Shown: piece by piece, positions 19,061 to 28,733 of the stretch
Layout of the letters: each line of letters starts with the position of its first letter
How positions within the stretch are numbered: the first letter of the stretch is position 1
From: a virus
Length of the DNA: 64,000 nucleotides
Reading direction: 5' to 3' (one strand)
IMG/VR virus record: IMGVR_UViG_3300026290_000001
Translations under genes and position numbers: made by a program
Notes under the pieces: model-generated
What the model saw: the letters and a program-made list of their open reading frames with translations, nothing else
Told to the model about the DNA's origin: nothing
Databases searched by the model: none

Positions 19061-19312
19061 GTGATAAATGTGAAAAAGAAACAAAAAAATATCATAACAT
19101 TTGATTGCTATGATAGAAAAACCAATACCTGTAATGGTAGTTGTCAGGGATGTAGTGATTGTCCTATGGTAATGAAATATCAAATTCCTAGAAAGGAAAT
19201 GTGGAAGCATATGAAACAAGTGCATATTCAAAGTAAACAATGGCAAAGATTAGAGCAAAGTTTAAAAAGTGATTGGACATTTGTAAATAAATTAAAAAGT
19301 ATTTATAAATAA
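19061..19312 (+). CDS. small Cys-rich protein
   Basis: CNGSCQGCSDCP. Confidence 0.45.
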   Translation: MINVKKKQKNIITFDCYDRKTNTCNGSCQGCSDCPMVMKYQIPRKEMWKHMKQVHIQSKQWQRLEQSLKSDWTFVNKLKSIYK

Positions 19313-19327
19313 AAAACCAATTTAGTA

Positions 19328-19356
19328 TTGACATTATACTGTTATTTTAGTAATAT
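19328..19356 (+). promoter_or_regulatory. sigma-A-type promoter (TTGACA-17-TAATAT)
   Basis: Direct reading. Confidence 0.5.
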
Positions 19357-19513
19357 AAACATAGGCAAGACACTCATGACGTAGTGCAAGGTGGGGGGAG
19401 TGTAGCAGGAGTAGCGAGGGAAGTAGTAATTAAAGTTAATTCTTGAAAGGATAGTTTAATTACGAAAGGTGGGGCGAAACTGTATAATTTTATTAAAAGG
19501 AGATGTTTTAAAA

Positions 19514-19801
19514 ATGAAAATTATTATTAAAGAATCAGGAAAGCAACCATATGAAAAAGAAATTAAAAATGATTTAACAGTGTTGCAAGAAATTGTTGGT
19601 GGTTATATTGAAGTATTGCCTATAACTCAGGAAATATTAATGATATGTAATGAAGAAGGAAAATTAGAAGGATTGCCGTACAATTTTACTTTAGGTAATG
19701 ATTATATAGTTGGAACAGTATTTTTTATTGGCAATAATGAACCAGAATTCAGATCGTTAGATGATGCAGAAATTAAAGTGGTTATGAATTGGTTTAAATA
19801 A
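19514..19801 (+). CDS. hypothetical protein
   Basis: Track ORF 19469 trimmed to ATG after AAAGGAGA SD. Confidence 0.5.
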   Translation: MKIIIKESGKQPYEKEIKNDLTVLQEIVGGYIEVLPITQEILMICNEEGKLEGLPYNFTLGNDYIVGTVFFIGNNEPEFRSLDDAEIKVVMNWFK

Positions 19802-19838
19802 AACGATGTTTTGATTTGAACAAGGAGGGTTGAATAAA

Positions 19839-20039
19839 ATATTTAATAAAGAAGATATAATGAGAATTGATTATGTTGAAAAATTATCAATTTTAGAAAT
19901 AGAAAAAGTTGCTTTATATAATAAGAATAAAATAACCGAAGAAGAAGTTTTAGAAGTTATTAAGTTACATGGGATAGGTTATAATCCAAATGTTATTTTA
20001 ATTGACAAGGAACAATTTGAAAATGTTTTTGGAAGTTGA
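19839..20039 (+). CDS. hypothetical protein, probable ATA start
   Basis: Track TTG at 19830 abuts the SD (no spacer); in-frame ATA lies about 9 nt after AAGGAGGG. Confidence 0.35.
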   Translation: MFNKEDIMRIDYVEKLSILEIEKVALYNKNKITEEEVLEVIKLHGIGYNPNVILIDKEQFENVFGS

Positions 20040-20090
20040 TTTAAAATACTCATTTCATTAAAAATAAAAAACTGAAAGGAAGGAATAAAA

Positions 20091-20429
20091 ATGAATTCAA
20101 TGAGTGCTTTTATAATGGGAGAAATAAATAGAGGTAAAGAGGAAATGGTTTTTGATTGGGATAAAGCAGCTAAATTAATTAAAGATAGTGGTTTTAAAGA
20201 TGCTTCGGCAGGACTTAATGGTGATTGGGGATGTACTAGTGGTGAAATTTTCATTAATGGCAAACCTAAAATGAGTGACTATACTTATTTAGCAAGTACA
20301 TGGGCAACACCTCAAATTGAAATTGACGGTGAATATTATGATTGTTATAGAATGGAAAGTGAAACACCCAATTGGCATAGTAAAACAATGTGGCCTAATA
20401 GTGCATTAAAAATTATAAATAAAGATTAA
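20091..20429 (+). CDS. hypothetical protein
   Basis: Track ORF. Confidence 0.5.
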   Translation: MNSMSAFIMGEINRGKEEMVFDWDKAAKLIKDSGFKDASAGLNGDWGCTSGEIFINGKPKMSDYTYLASTWATPQIEIDGEYYDCYRMESETPNWHSKTMWPNSALKIINKD

Positions 20430-20657
20430 CACCAAATAATCTTTTTATAAAAAACAATTTAAGGAGGATTAATAATGTCTTGGTATAATGAACCTTGTAG
20501 TGTACATCAGTTAAATTATGCAAAAAGTTTGGCAGAGGAATTAGATATAGATTATAGGTACGAATGGATACAACAAAATTTTACTAAAGGAGAACTGTCT
20601 AATTTAATAAAAAAATTTAGAAAACAATTGGGATTAGATTAAAATCGGAGGTAGCAG

Positions 20658-21143
20658 ATGCGAAAATACATAATTACACTACTACTTATGATTTTGATAG
20701 TAGTAATAGGGATTAATCAGGCGAATTCAAATTATCAAAAGGACGTATTAAACACAGAAAATAAATATGTGGAAACAATAGACAAGCAAGAAGAAATTAC
20801 ATATAATGAAGTTAAAAATAAAACCAAACCTGAAACAAATTTTAATATTGAAGAAAATGATAATTATATAATCATGATAGCAACAGCCTATACAAAGTCT
20901 ATAGAAGAAGGAACGCATAAAGGAATTACTAGAAGTGGCACTCAGGTTTCTAGGGGTACTGTTGCGATTGATCCTAGAGTTATACCATTGGGTACTAAAA
21001 TCTATGTTGAAGGTTATGGTCATGCGGAATGTTTAGATACTGGTGGGGATATTAAGCATAATAGAATTGATTTGTATATGGATAGCAAAGAAGAGTGTTT
21101 TGAATTTGGTAGGAGAGAAGTTAAAGTTTGGATTATTGATTAA
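20658..21143 (+). CDS. secreted/membrane-anchored 3D-domain protein (MltA-like cell-wall-binding fold)
   Basis: N-terminal hydrophobic signal-like segment; TAYT ... GTVAIDPRVIPLGTKIYVEGYGHAECLDTGGDIKHNRIDLYMDS matches the 3D (Asp-Asp-Asp) domain pattern. Confidence 0.6.
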   Translation: MRKYIITLLLMILIVVIGINQANSNYQKDVLNTENKYVETIDKQEEITYNEVKNKTKPETNFNIEENDNYIIMIATAYTKSIEEGTHKGITRSGTQVSRGTVAIDPRVIPLGTKIYVEGYGHAECLDTGGDIKHNRIDLYMDSKEECFEFGRREVKVWIID

Positions 21144-21164
21144 TATCAAATGAGGTGATTAAAA

Positions 21165-21557
21165 ATAGCAAAGAAAAAAACTACATATTATTTTGCAAGT
21201 AAAGAAGATTTTAATGATAAAATTTTATATCCTAGAATCCCTTTAAGCAGAATGGAAACTGAAGATGATAAAATTGAAAGAATTTGTGTTTCTAAAAGTA
21301 TCAATGGATGTTTAAGTGCTACACAATGTTGGGATAAAGAAGACATAGTATATATTTATAAATGCGAAAGCAATAAAGTAATACAACCAACATTAAAACA
21401 AGTGCCTGATCAATGTTTTACTGGAGAAGAATGGATTTTAGAACCAGTAAGAATGCAATTATTTATGAAGGTAAAAATTGAAACAAGTGATGATTGTAAA
21501 TTATTATCAAGGAATATGAGAAATGTAGTGTATAAGTTTGATATGTTAAAAATATAA
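21165..21557 (+). CDS. hypothetical protein, probable ATA start
   Basis: Track ATG at 21252 has no SD; frame is open back to an ATA 7 nt after GAGGTG. Confidence 0.4.
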   Translation: MAKKKTTYYFASKEDFNDKILYPRIPLSRMETEDDKIERICVSKSINGCLSATQCWDKEDIVYIYKCESNKVIQPTLKQVPDQCFTGEEWILEPVRMQLFMKVKIETSDDCKLLSRNMRNVVYKFDMLKI

Positions 21558-21603
21558 TAATTAAATTGCACTTTTATTATGAGTTGAAAGGAGAAATATA
21601 AAA

Positions 21604-22002
21604 ATGAATTGGTGGAAAATAAGAAATTGGTTTAATAATTATTTAAGACCATATGCAATCATGGGCGGAATATCAAATTTAATTAAATGGTTTCCTTTAA
21701 TCTGGAAAGATCGTGATTTTGATCATGGATATCTATATGATATTTTATATTTTAAATTAGGTGAAATGCAAAAATTTTTTGAATCGGGTAATACATATTC
21801 TGAAGGAGCAGACAAATATGCAGAACAAATTAAAAAATGTAAAGAATTGCTTTATCGTATAATGAACGAATCAATTCAAGATGAAAATTGGGATGGCGAT
21901 AATTTTACCAGACCATTGAATGAAATTTATGAATTAGAAAAAGAAGAAAAGAAACTATTTTGGAATATGATGTGTGACAATATTGATGGTTGGTGGGATT
22001 AA
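21604..22002 (+). CDS. hypothetical protein
   Basis: Track ORF with AAGGAGAAA SD. Confidence 0.5.
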   Translation: MNWWKIRNWFNNYLRPYAIMGGISNLIKWFPLIWKDRDFDHGYLYDILYFKLGEMQKFFESGNTYSEGADKYAEQIKKCKELLYRIMNESIQDENWDGDNFTRPLNEIYELEKEEKKLFWNMMCDNIDGWWD

Positions 22003-22023
22003 GTTAAAGCAAGGAGAATTTAG

Positions 22024-23253
22024 ATGATTGAGTTAAAAGGTAAATACACAATAGCAAAAGTATTCACCGATAATATAGATCAAGAAACAATATCTCAAAT
22101 AATTAATCTATGTAATCAAGACTTTACTGAAAACAGTAAAATACGTATAATGAGCGATTGTCATGCTGGTAAGGGATGTGTAATTGGTTTTACTGCTGAT
22201 TTAGGTGATAAAGTAATTCCCAATCTTATAGGTGTGGATATTGGATGTGGTTGTCTTACCGCTGAATTAGGTAAAATCAATCCAGACTTACAAAAACTAA
22301 ATGATGTTATTCATAAATACATTCCTAGTGGTAGAGATATTCATGAAGGTAGGATTTTAAAATTCCCTGAATTACAGGAGTTATATTGTTATAGAGAACT
22401 AAAAGAAACTAAACGAATTGAGAAAAGTATTGGCACACTAGGTGGAGGAAATCACTTTATAGAGTTAAACCAGGATGATGAAGATAATATTTATCTAGTG
22501 ATTCATTCAGGAAGTAGAAATTTAGGCAAACAAGTAGCAGACTATTATCAAAACATTGCTATTGAATTAAGAAGTGGTAGAGAAGAATATTATCTTGAAA
22601 GAGATAAAATTATTAAAGAGTATAAAGAGCAGGGTAGAAAAAAAGAAATTCAATCAGCATTAAAGCAATTAGACAATAAGTATCAACATTCTCAACCAGA
22701 TTATCCTAAAGAATTATGTTTTTTAGAAGGAATATGGAGAGAAAGATATTTACATGATATGGAGATTTGTCAGGAATACGCTAATATAAATAGAATGGCA
22801 ATGGCTGATATAATCCTTAAAAAATGGTTGAATTTAAATATTATATCATTGATACCAAATTTCTTTCAAACTATCCATAATTACATTAACTTTAAAGATA
22901 ATATCATTCGTAAAGGCTCTATTTCTGCCTATAAAGGTGAAAAGGTATTAATCCCTATTAATATGCGTGATGGATCATTATTATGTGTTGGTAAAGGTAA
23001 TCCAGATTGGAATTATTCTGCACCACATGGGGCTGGTAGATTAATGAGTAGGGGTAAGGCGAAACAAAATATTTCAATGGAAGAATATCAAAAATCTATG
23101 GAAGGTATATTTACCACTTCAGTTAATTTATCAACTTTAGATGAAGCACCTATGGCGTATAAATCTATGGATGAGATAGTAAATAATATTGGTGATACGG
23201 TTGATATTTTAAAAGTAATTAAACCTATTTATAATTTTAAAGCAGGAGAATAA
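22024..23253 (+). CDS. rtcB: RtcB-family RNA ligase
   Basis: SDCHAGKG, GGGNHFIEL and NYSAPHGAGR motifs correspond to RtcB metal-binding / His-GMP regions. Confidence 0.7.
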   Translation: MIELKGKYTIAKVFTDNIDQETISQIINLCNQDFTENSKIRIMSDCHAGKGCVIGFTADLGDKVIPNLIGVDIGCGCLTAELGKINPDLQKLNDVIHKYIPSGRDIHEGRILKFPELQELYCYRELKETKRIEKSIGTLGGGNHFIELNQDDEDNIYLVIHSGSRNLGKQVADYYQNIAIELRSGREEYYLERDKIIKEYKEQGRKKEIQSALKQLDNKYQHSQPDYPKELCFLEGIWRERYLHDMEICQEYANINRMAMADIILKKWLNLNIISLIPNFFQTIHNYINFKDNIIRKGSISAYKGEKVLIPINMRDGSLLCVGKGNPDWNYSAPHGAGRLMSRGKAKQNISMEEYQKSMEGIFTTSVNLSTLDEAPMAYKSMDEIVNNIGDTVDILKVIKPIYNFKAGE

Positions 23254-23332
23254 AACCCAATATATAGGGGTTTATGTTGTGATAAAATCTAACTTTCATT
23301 TTAAATTTATAAAGAAAAGGAAGTGATTAAAA

Positions 23333-23629
23333 ATGATAGAAATTAATAAATTGGAATCACAAATACAAAGGTATGACACTATGTTTGGAACTAGATCAAG
23401 AATATTTCCTCCCGATATAATTTTAGTATCAACATCTTTAGATAGTTGGCAAATATTAATTACCAACAAACAAAATAAACCTATTTATTTATTACATAAA
23501 AATAAATTTGGTAGAACAAATAAATATCATATTCAGGGAAGAAAAACATGTTTATATCATGCATACGATACAATACATAAACATAAAAATCCACTAATAA
23601 ATATCTACAAAAATAAAAGTTATAAATAA
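23333..23629 (+). CDS. hypothetical protein
   Basis: Track ORF. Confidence 0.45.
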   Translation: MIEINKLESQIQRYDTMFGTRSRIFPPDIILVSTSLDSWQILITNKQNKPIYLLHKNKFGRTNKYHIQGRKTCLYHAYDTIHKHKNPLINIYKNKSYK

Positions 23630-23762
23630 TAAGAAAAATATTCTAAATTACCGTCTATAAAAATAGGACAACTCATTTGAAGAAATTATGATGATACCAT
23701 GTGTTATTACAGTTGAGAATTTATCAGTATAAATTCGGCTTTATTGAAATGGAGGAATTAAA

Positions 23763-23945
23763 ATGAAAGTAGAAGAAATTATTAACTACATTGATTCAGC
23801 AATTAATAACAGACCTCACAGTGATGCTTTTTGGATTGATGAACAAGGAAACGATCATCACGCAGATGTTGGGTATGGAGTTGAATGGTGGAAAGTCATA
23901 AAGGAAGAATTAATTAGAGTGTTTATAGATAACGAATTAAAATAG
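23763..23945 (+). CDS. hypothetical protein
   Basis: Track ORF with GGAGGAA SD. Confidence 0.45.
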   Translation: MKVEEIINYIDSAINNRPHSDAFWIDEQGNDHHADVGYGVEWWKVIKEELIRVFIDNELK

Positions 23946-23977
23946 ACATTTGATTATTTAAATATGGAGGTAAAAGT

Positions 23978-24247
23978 ATGATTACAAATACTGGATTAAA
24001 ATTATTTATTAAAAACTACTTTGAGTGTAAAGCCGGAGATAGTATTACCTTTGAAATTAATAATTCAGAAGGTAAAATCGATTGTCTTAAAAACGATCTT
24101 TTTAGAGGATCAGTATATAATACTATTAAATATTTTGATTCTTGGAAAACAGATATTGTTAGCAAAACAGGATTTACCTGCTCTGATGATGCTTTTGATT
24201 GGATTAAAGATCAATCTAAGAAATTTGGATTTGAAATAGAAATTTAA
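23978..24247 (+). CDS. hypothetical protein
   Basis: Track ORF with GGAGGT SD. Confidence 0.45.
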   Translation: MITNTGLKLFIKNYFECKAGDSITFEINNSEGKIDCLKNDLFRGSVYNTIKYFDSWKTDIVSKTGFTCSDDAFDWIKDQSKKFGFEIEI

Positions 24248-24609
24248 TATTTACGACATTTGATTATAAGGAGGCTTTTATTATAAATACACTTCATGAA
24301 ATATTTGATAGAGATAATTACTAATCTATTGAAAATTAAATAGATTTTAGATTTATTATATTAATATAAAATGGAGGTTTTGTTGTGAGTGATTATTTAA
24401 TTTATATATTAATAAGTATGTCTTTTATATCAGTAATTTGTTTAATGGTTTGTATAGGAGAAGAAAGGAAAAATAAAATTAATATTATAAATAATAAGAA
24501 GAAAGAAATTGAAAATATTTTTGAACGAATTGAAAAGGTGTTAGAAGAAAAATAAACATTATAAAAGAATCATTTTATTATTATTAAAATATAAAAGGAG
24601 GTAAATAAT

Positions 24610-24906
24610 ATGATATTAAAAGGTAAAGAAGAAGGTATTGTAAAAATTATTATTGAATGTGATTGCGGTTGCGAAGCATTGCAACTATCTAAATTTAATT
24701 GGAATGATGGAGATGTTGATTATTATCTTGAAATACTAGTCCCTGCATTTAGTGCGGAGCAAACTACATCTTGGGATAGATTTAAAGTAAGAACAAAATT
24801 TATATGGTTAATTCTGCGTGGAAAATATCACTGGCTAACATCTTTAATTTTAAAGAAAGAACAATTAGTGCAACTAAGAGATGCTTTGAATGAAATGGTT
24901 GAATAA
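24610..24906 (+). CDS. hypothetical protein
   Basis: Track ORF with AAGGAGGT SD. Confidence 0.45.
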   Translation: MILKGKEEGIVKIIIECDCGCEALQLSKFNWNDGDVDYYLEILVPAFSAEQTTSWDRFKVRTKFIWLILRGKYHWLTSLILKKEQLVQLRDALNEMVE

Positions 24907-25144
24907 AATATTGAATTGGTAACAATATTAAAGAAAGGAGAGTAATATATATGTGGGATAAACTATCCAGAGAAGAAAAACTAAGAATTGTTAATACCAG
25001 ATTAGAAGAAGTAGATATTCAAATTAAAGAACTCTGTGATATCAGAGAAATTTTAGAAGAAGAACAACTAAAATTAAGGTTGCAATAAATACAAAAAATA
25101 AATATAATATAAATGTCACCATAATGAAAAGGAGGTAAAAATAT

Positions 25145-25534
25145 TTGAGTGCAGACAATGGAATTTACATACTCAAAACCAAAGAAAATCAATATCGAGT
25201 TATTTATGCTTCAGCAATAGAAAATCTATACTGGAATCCTCTTGATCCTAATAGTTATGACAAACTAATTCCCACTAGAATAGTTGAATTATACGGCAAA
25301 TCAAAATATACATATGATAAAAACTTAGCTAGGGATATTGCTTTTAACATGGCAAGAAATACTTATCTGGAATATGGAATTAGTGAAATTGTAGTTGATA
25401 AAACATGGAGACAGATTATTAAAGAAGCAAAAGAACTTGCTCCACTTGAAATTGAAGCAATTGAATGTAGTAGTACTCATGATGGTAGATGGGATAGTAA
25501 TTTAATTAAACTAAAAGAAATTATGAATATGTAA
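25145..25534 (+). CDS. hypothetical protein
   Basis: Track ORF, TTG start after AAGGAGGT SD. Confidence 0.45.
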   Translation: MSADNGIYILKTKENQYRVIYASAIENLYWNPLDPNSYDKLIPTRIVELYGKSKYTYDKNLARDIAFNMARNTYLEYGISEIVVDKTWRQIIKEAKELAPLEIEAIECSSTHDGRWDSNLIKLKEIMNM

Positions 25535-25545
25535 GGGGAGAGATT

Positions 25546-25794
25546 ATGACAAAAATATTGGCACATTATAATTATGATGATATTATTATTGGCGCAAATA
25601 ACTTAGGTCAGATACTTGTATGGTTTAGAAACAGATATAGAAAATTAAATAAATCTCAAAAAGATAGTTTGAGATATTTATATCTTGATAATACATATAT
25701 GGGTAGTGTTATTGAACAAATTGAAAATGATATTAAGGAAGAAAAGAGAAGGAAGATAAAGGAGAAATATAATATGAACGAGGAGGATATATAA
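25546..25794 (+). CDS. hypothetical protein
   Basis: Track ORF. Confidence 0.45.
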   Translation: MTKILAHYNYDDIIIGANNLGQILVWFRNRYRKLNKSQKDSLRYLYLDNTYMGSVIEQIENDIKEEKRRKIKEKYNMNEEDI

Positions 25795-25979
25795 TGATTT
25801 GTCCATATGATAATTGTCTAGAATGTTCTGAATATGATAAATGTTTTATTAAAGATAAAGAAGAACATATTGAAGTCGAATTTACTCAAGAAGAATTAGA
25901 ATTGATATATGATTGTTTATCTAGCACAAAAAATCGTTATGATAATTTAATTTTCAAGATTGAAAGATTAATATATTAA
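25794..25979 (+). CDS. small Cys-containing hypothetical protein
   Basis: Track ORF, start overlaps upstream stop. Confidence 0.45.
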   Translation: MICPYDNCLECSEYDKCFIKDKEEHIEVEFTQEELELIYDCLSSTKNRYDNLIFKIERLIY

Positions 25980-25999
25980 AATAAAAGGAGGAAATACAT

Positions 26000-26158
26000 A
26001 TGAGTAAATCACTAAGATCAATGATTAAAGAAGGAAGAGCAAAAGCAATTGAACGTAGATTTAAAAGTCAGACTAAAAGAAATGGTTATTGGGCAGCCGT
26101 TGATGCAAAAAAGAAGATTGAAGAGAAGAGTCATGCCGTTTTACATAATCAGAATTGA
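26000..26158 (+). CDS. small basic hypothetical protein (52 aa), not in track
   Basis: ATG after AAAGGAGGAAA SD; preferred over overlapping track ORF 26049-26246, which lacks an SD. Confidence 0.35.
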   Translation: MSKSLRSMIKEGRAKAIERRFKSQTKRNGYWAAVDAKKKIEEKSHAVLHNQN

Positions 26159-26285
26159 GGATGATTTAATCCTCCCAGGGGAATTTAAAGATTATATGAG
26201 TGCAGTAGAAAATTGTGATATAAATGATGTAATGTATTTGGATTAAAAGATTAAACCAAAGAACGTTTTTGTAATGATTTTTTAT

Positions 26286-26314
26286 TTGACAAACTACTAT
26301 TAAAATAGTAATAT
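26286..26314 (+). promoter_or_regulatory. sigma-A-type promoter (TTGACA-17-TAATAT)
   Basis: Direct reading. Confidence 0.5.
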
Positions 26315-26354
26315 AAATAGGAGAAACAAAACATAAAACAAAGGAGGTATATAA

Positions 26355-27437
26355 ATGAGTAGTTTGATAGTGGAAGTGTGCAGAGTAGACGAAATAGAAA
26401 AACATCCTAATGCAGATAAACTTTCTATAGTCACAGTTAAAGGATGGAATTGCATTGTAGGGTTAGACCAGTATAAACAAGGAGATTTAGTAGTATTTGT
26501 TCCACCAGATAGCATTATTCCTGAAAATATCATTGAAAAATATAATCTTACATATTTAAAGAATGGTGGTCGAGTAGGAACTACAAAATTACGTGGATTT
26601 ATTTCTCAAGGTCTTATACTTGATTTGCCCGAAGGTAAATTTAAAGTTGGAGATGATGTATCTAAAGTTTTAGGTATAACCAAATGGGAACCACCCGTAT
26701 CGCAAAATCATCAGCAAGCCAATGTCATTTCTAAGAAAAAATTAAATCCATATTTTGATCGATATACAGAAATAGAGAATATTAAAAACTATAAGAATGT
26801 ATTTGAACCTGGGGATAAAATAGTTATTACTGAAAAAATTCATGGTTCAAATTGGAGAGCAGGGAATTTACCTATAGTAATTGATAAATCACAACCTTTA
26901 ATATATAGATTTAGAGCGTGGTTTAGTAAATTATTAGGAAATTCTCACCAATTTGTATACGGCAGTCATAATGTTCAACTACATGGCAAAAATAAAAACA
27001 ATAATTTTTACGGTGAAGACCTATGGGGTAAGATTTGCAATAAATATAATATGATAAATATAATTCCTAAAGATTATATTATATATGGTGAAGTATATGG
27101 TATTGGAGTACAAGATTTAACTTATGGGTTAAAAGATGTTGATCTAGTTGTATTTGATATTAAATATAATGGAAAATATTTGCCTTGGGACGAAGTAGTA
27201 AAGTTTTGTAGACAATATAGTTTGCCAACAGTTCCTTTATTGTATATCGGTGATTTTGAAGAAGGGATAATTGAAAAATATACAAGTGGTAAATCAACAA
27301 TTTGTCCCAATCAAATTCGTGAAGGTTGTGTAGTAAAAGACCTTTGGGAAGAGCAGGATAAGCGAATTGGAAGAAAGATTTTGAAGAGTATTAATCCAGA
27401 TTATTTACTGAGAAAGAATGGAACAGAATATAGGTAA
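26355..27437 (+). CDS. RNA ligase (Rnl2-like nucleotidyltransferase) with N-terminal tRNA-binding-like OB domain
   Basis: N-terminus VCRVDEIEKHPNADKLSIVTVKGWNCIVG resembles the Myf / tRNA_bind signature (HPNADKL); EKIHGSN matches the T4 Rnl2-type KxHGxN adenylylation motif. Confidence 0.55.
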   Translation: MSSLIVEVCRVDEIEKHPNADKLSIVTVKGWNCIVGLDQYKQGDLVVFVPPDSIIPENIIEKYNLTYLKNGGRVGTTKLRGFISQGLILDLPEGKFKVGDDVSKVLGITKWEPPVSQNHQQANVISKKKLNPYFDRYTEIENIKNYKNVFEPGDKIVITEKIHGSNWRAGNLPIVIDKSQPLIYRFRAWFSKLLGNSHQFVYGSHNVQLHGKNKNNNFYGEDLWGKICNKYNMINIIPKDYIIYGEVYGIGVQDLTYGLKDVDLVVFDIKYNGKYLPWDEVVKFCRQYSLPTVPLLYIGDFEEGIIEKYTSGKSTICPNQIREGCVVKDLWEEQDKRIGRKILKSINPDYLLRKNGTEYR

Positions 27438-27556
27438 ATCATTATAAAACTTACTTTTTATCATGATTTTAGGCTTTAGAAATGCCTAGAAAATGGGATT
27501 TGTTTTCTGGGATTTTTATTAAATATTAAATAAAAATAAAAAAGGAGGTAATTAAT

Positions 27557-27772
27557 ATTTACGAATGTAAACAATGTGGTAATAAAAAATATTTTAATGA
27601 AATAAATTACATAAAGACATTTGTAGTTTTAGATGAAGAAACAGGTGAACCACAATATACACAAGATAAATTTATAGAGTGCATAGAAGTGTTTTGTGGA
27701 GTTTGTAAAGCAAGTAGTGAAGATAAAAATATATTATCTCAAGGGGAAATATTAAATTTAAAGGAGTATTAA
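27557..27772 (+). CDS. small zinc-ribbon protein without canonical start, not in track
   Basis: Open frame with CKQCG ... CGVCK; only ATT codons lie after the AAGGAGGT SD. Confidence 0.3.
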   Translation: MYECKQCGNKKYFNEINYIKTFVVLDEETGEPQYTQDKFIECIEVFCGVCKASSEDKNILSQGEILNLKEY

Positions 27773-27776
27773 TAAA

Positions 27777-28349
27777 TTGAGTAGTACAAATAGAAGTGAT
27801 GCACGCAATTATCACATTTCAGATTATTATGTGACTCCAGTAAATAAAATTATTGATTTTATAGATGCTTTTGTAGAAATAGAAGAAGATTTTGAAGGTA
27901 AAATGCTTGATCCTTGTGCAGGAGGAGATTCTAATCATCCAATGAGTTATCCAGAGGCATTTAAGTTATGTGGGTATTTAAATATGGATACTATGGATAT
28001 AAGAGAAGATTCTTTGGCAGATATTAAAACAAATTATCTTACATATGACTGTAAAAATAAATATAATATAATAGTTACCAATCCACCTTTTGGTTTAGCA
28101 AGAGAAATAATAGAAAAAGCATTAGATGATGTTAAGGATAATGGTTTTGTAGTTATGTTATTAAGATTAAATTTTTTTGGTGGTAAGCTTAGAGAAGATT
28201 TATGGGAAAAACAAATGCCTAAATATGCTTTTGTACATAATAGAAGAATGAGTTTTACAGATGATGGAAAAACAGATTCAATTGAATATATGCATTGTGT
28301 ATGGCAGAAGGGATATTACCCTGAATTTACTATGTTAAAAGTGATATAA
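27777..28349 (+). CDS. small putative N6-adenine methyltransferase
   Basis: YYVTP, LDPCAGGDS (motif I-like) and IVTNPPFG (motif IV); TTG start. Confidence 0.5.
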   Translation: MSSTNRSDARNYHISDYYVTPVNKIIDFIDAFVEIEEDFEGKMLDPCAGGDSNHPMSYPEAFKLCGYLNMDTMDIREDSLADIKTNYLTYDCKNKYNIIVTNPPFGLAREIIEKALDDVKDNGFVVMLLRLNFFGGKLREDLWEKQMPKYAFVHNRRMSFTDDGKTDSIEYMHCVWQKGYYPEFTMLKVI

Positions 28350-28680
28350 TTTAAATATGAATATTATAATAAAGGAGCATAATATATGAATGAAATAAAT
28401 AAAATAATTAATTATTTAATTACTATTGGATACGTTATTAAAAATGGAAGTGCATATTTACCTAGCGATAAAGAATTTGAAATTCCTTATGATGTTAGAA
28501 TGACACATTTTTTACACACGAATAAAATTTGTAATTATGAAGTACATGAAATGTAAATAAAAAACATAACCAAAATTCCATTTTATCATGATTTTCAGGA
28601 TGAAGAATCCCAATATACAGGCATCTATTTTTTGATTAATTGACAAAAATATAAAATAAATATAGGAGGAATAATACATA

Positions 28681-28725
28681 TTGTTAGAATTAAATAATTT
28701 TTACATAGGTGAAAATGCGAAATAG
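28681..28725 (+). pseudogene. 15-codon remnant of a methyltransferase 5' end
   Basis: TTG LLELNNFYIGE then stop; matches the first ~30 nt of the genes at 35506 and 40520; lies at the junction with G+C-richer DNA. Confidence 0.45.
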
Positions 28726-28733
28726 ACAGACAC

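Noticed and set aside
19357-19468. tRNA gene in the G-rich stretch
   Set aside because: No acceptor-stem pairing or T-loop (GTTCRANYC-like) motif could be found by eye; no other tRNA-like segment was noticed in the window.
28640-28670. TTGACA hexamer upstream of the methyltransferase stub as a promoter
   Set aside because: No acceptable -10 hexamer at 16-18 nt spacing.
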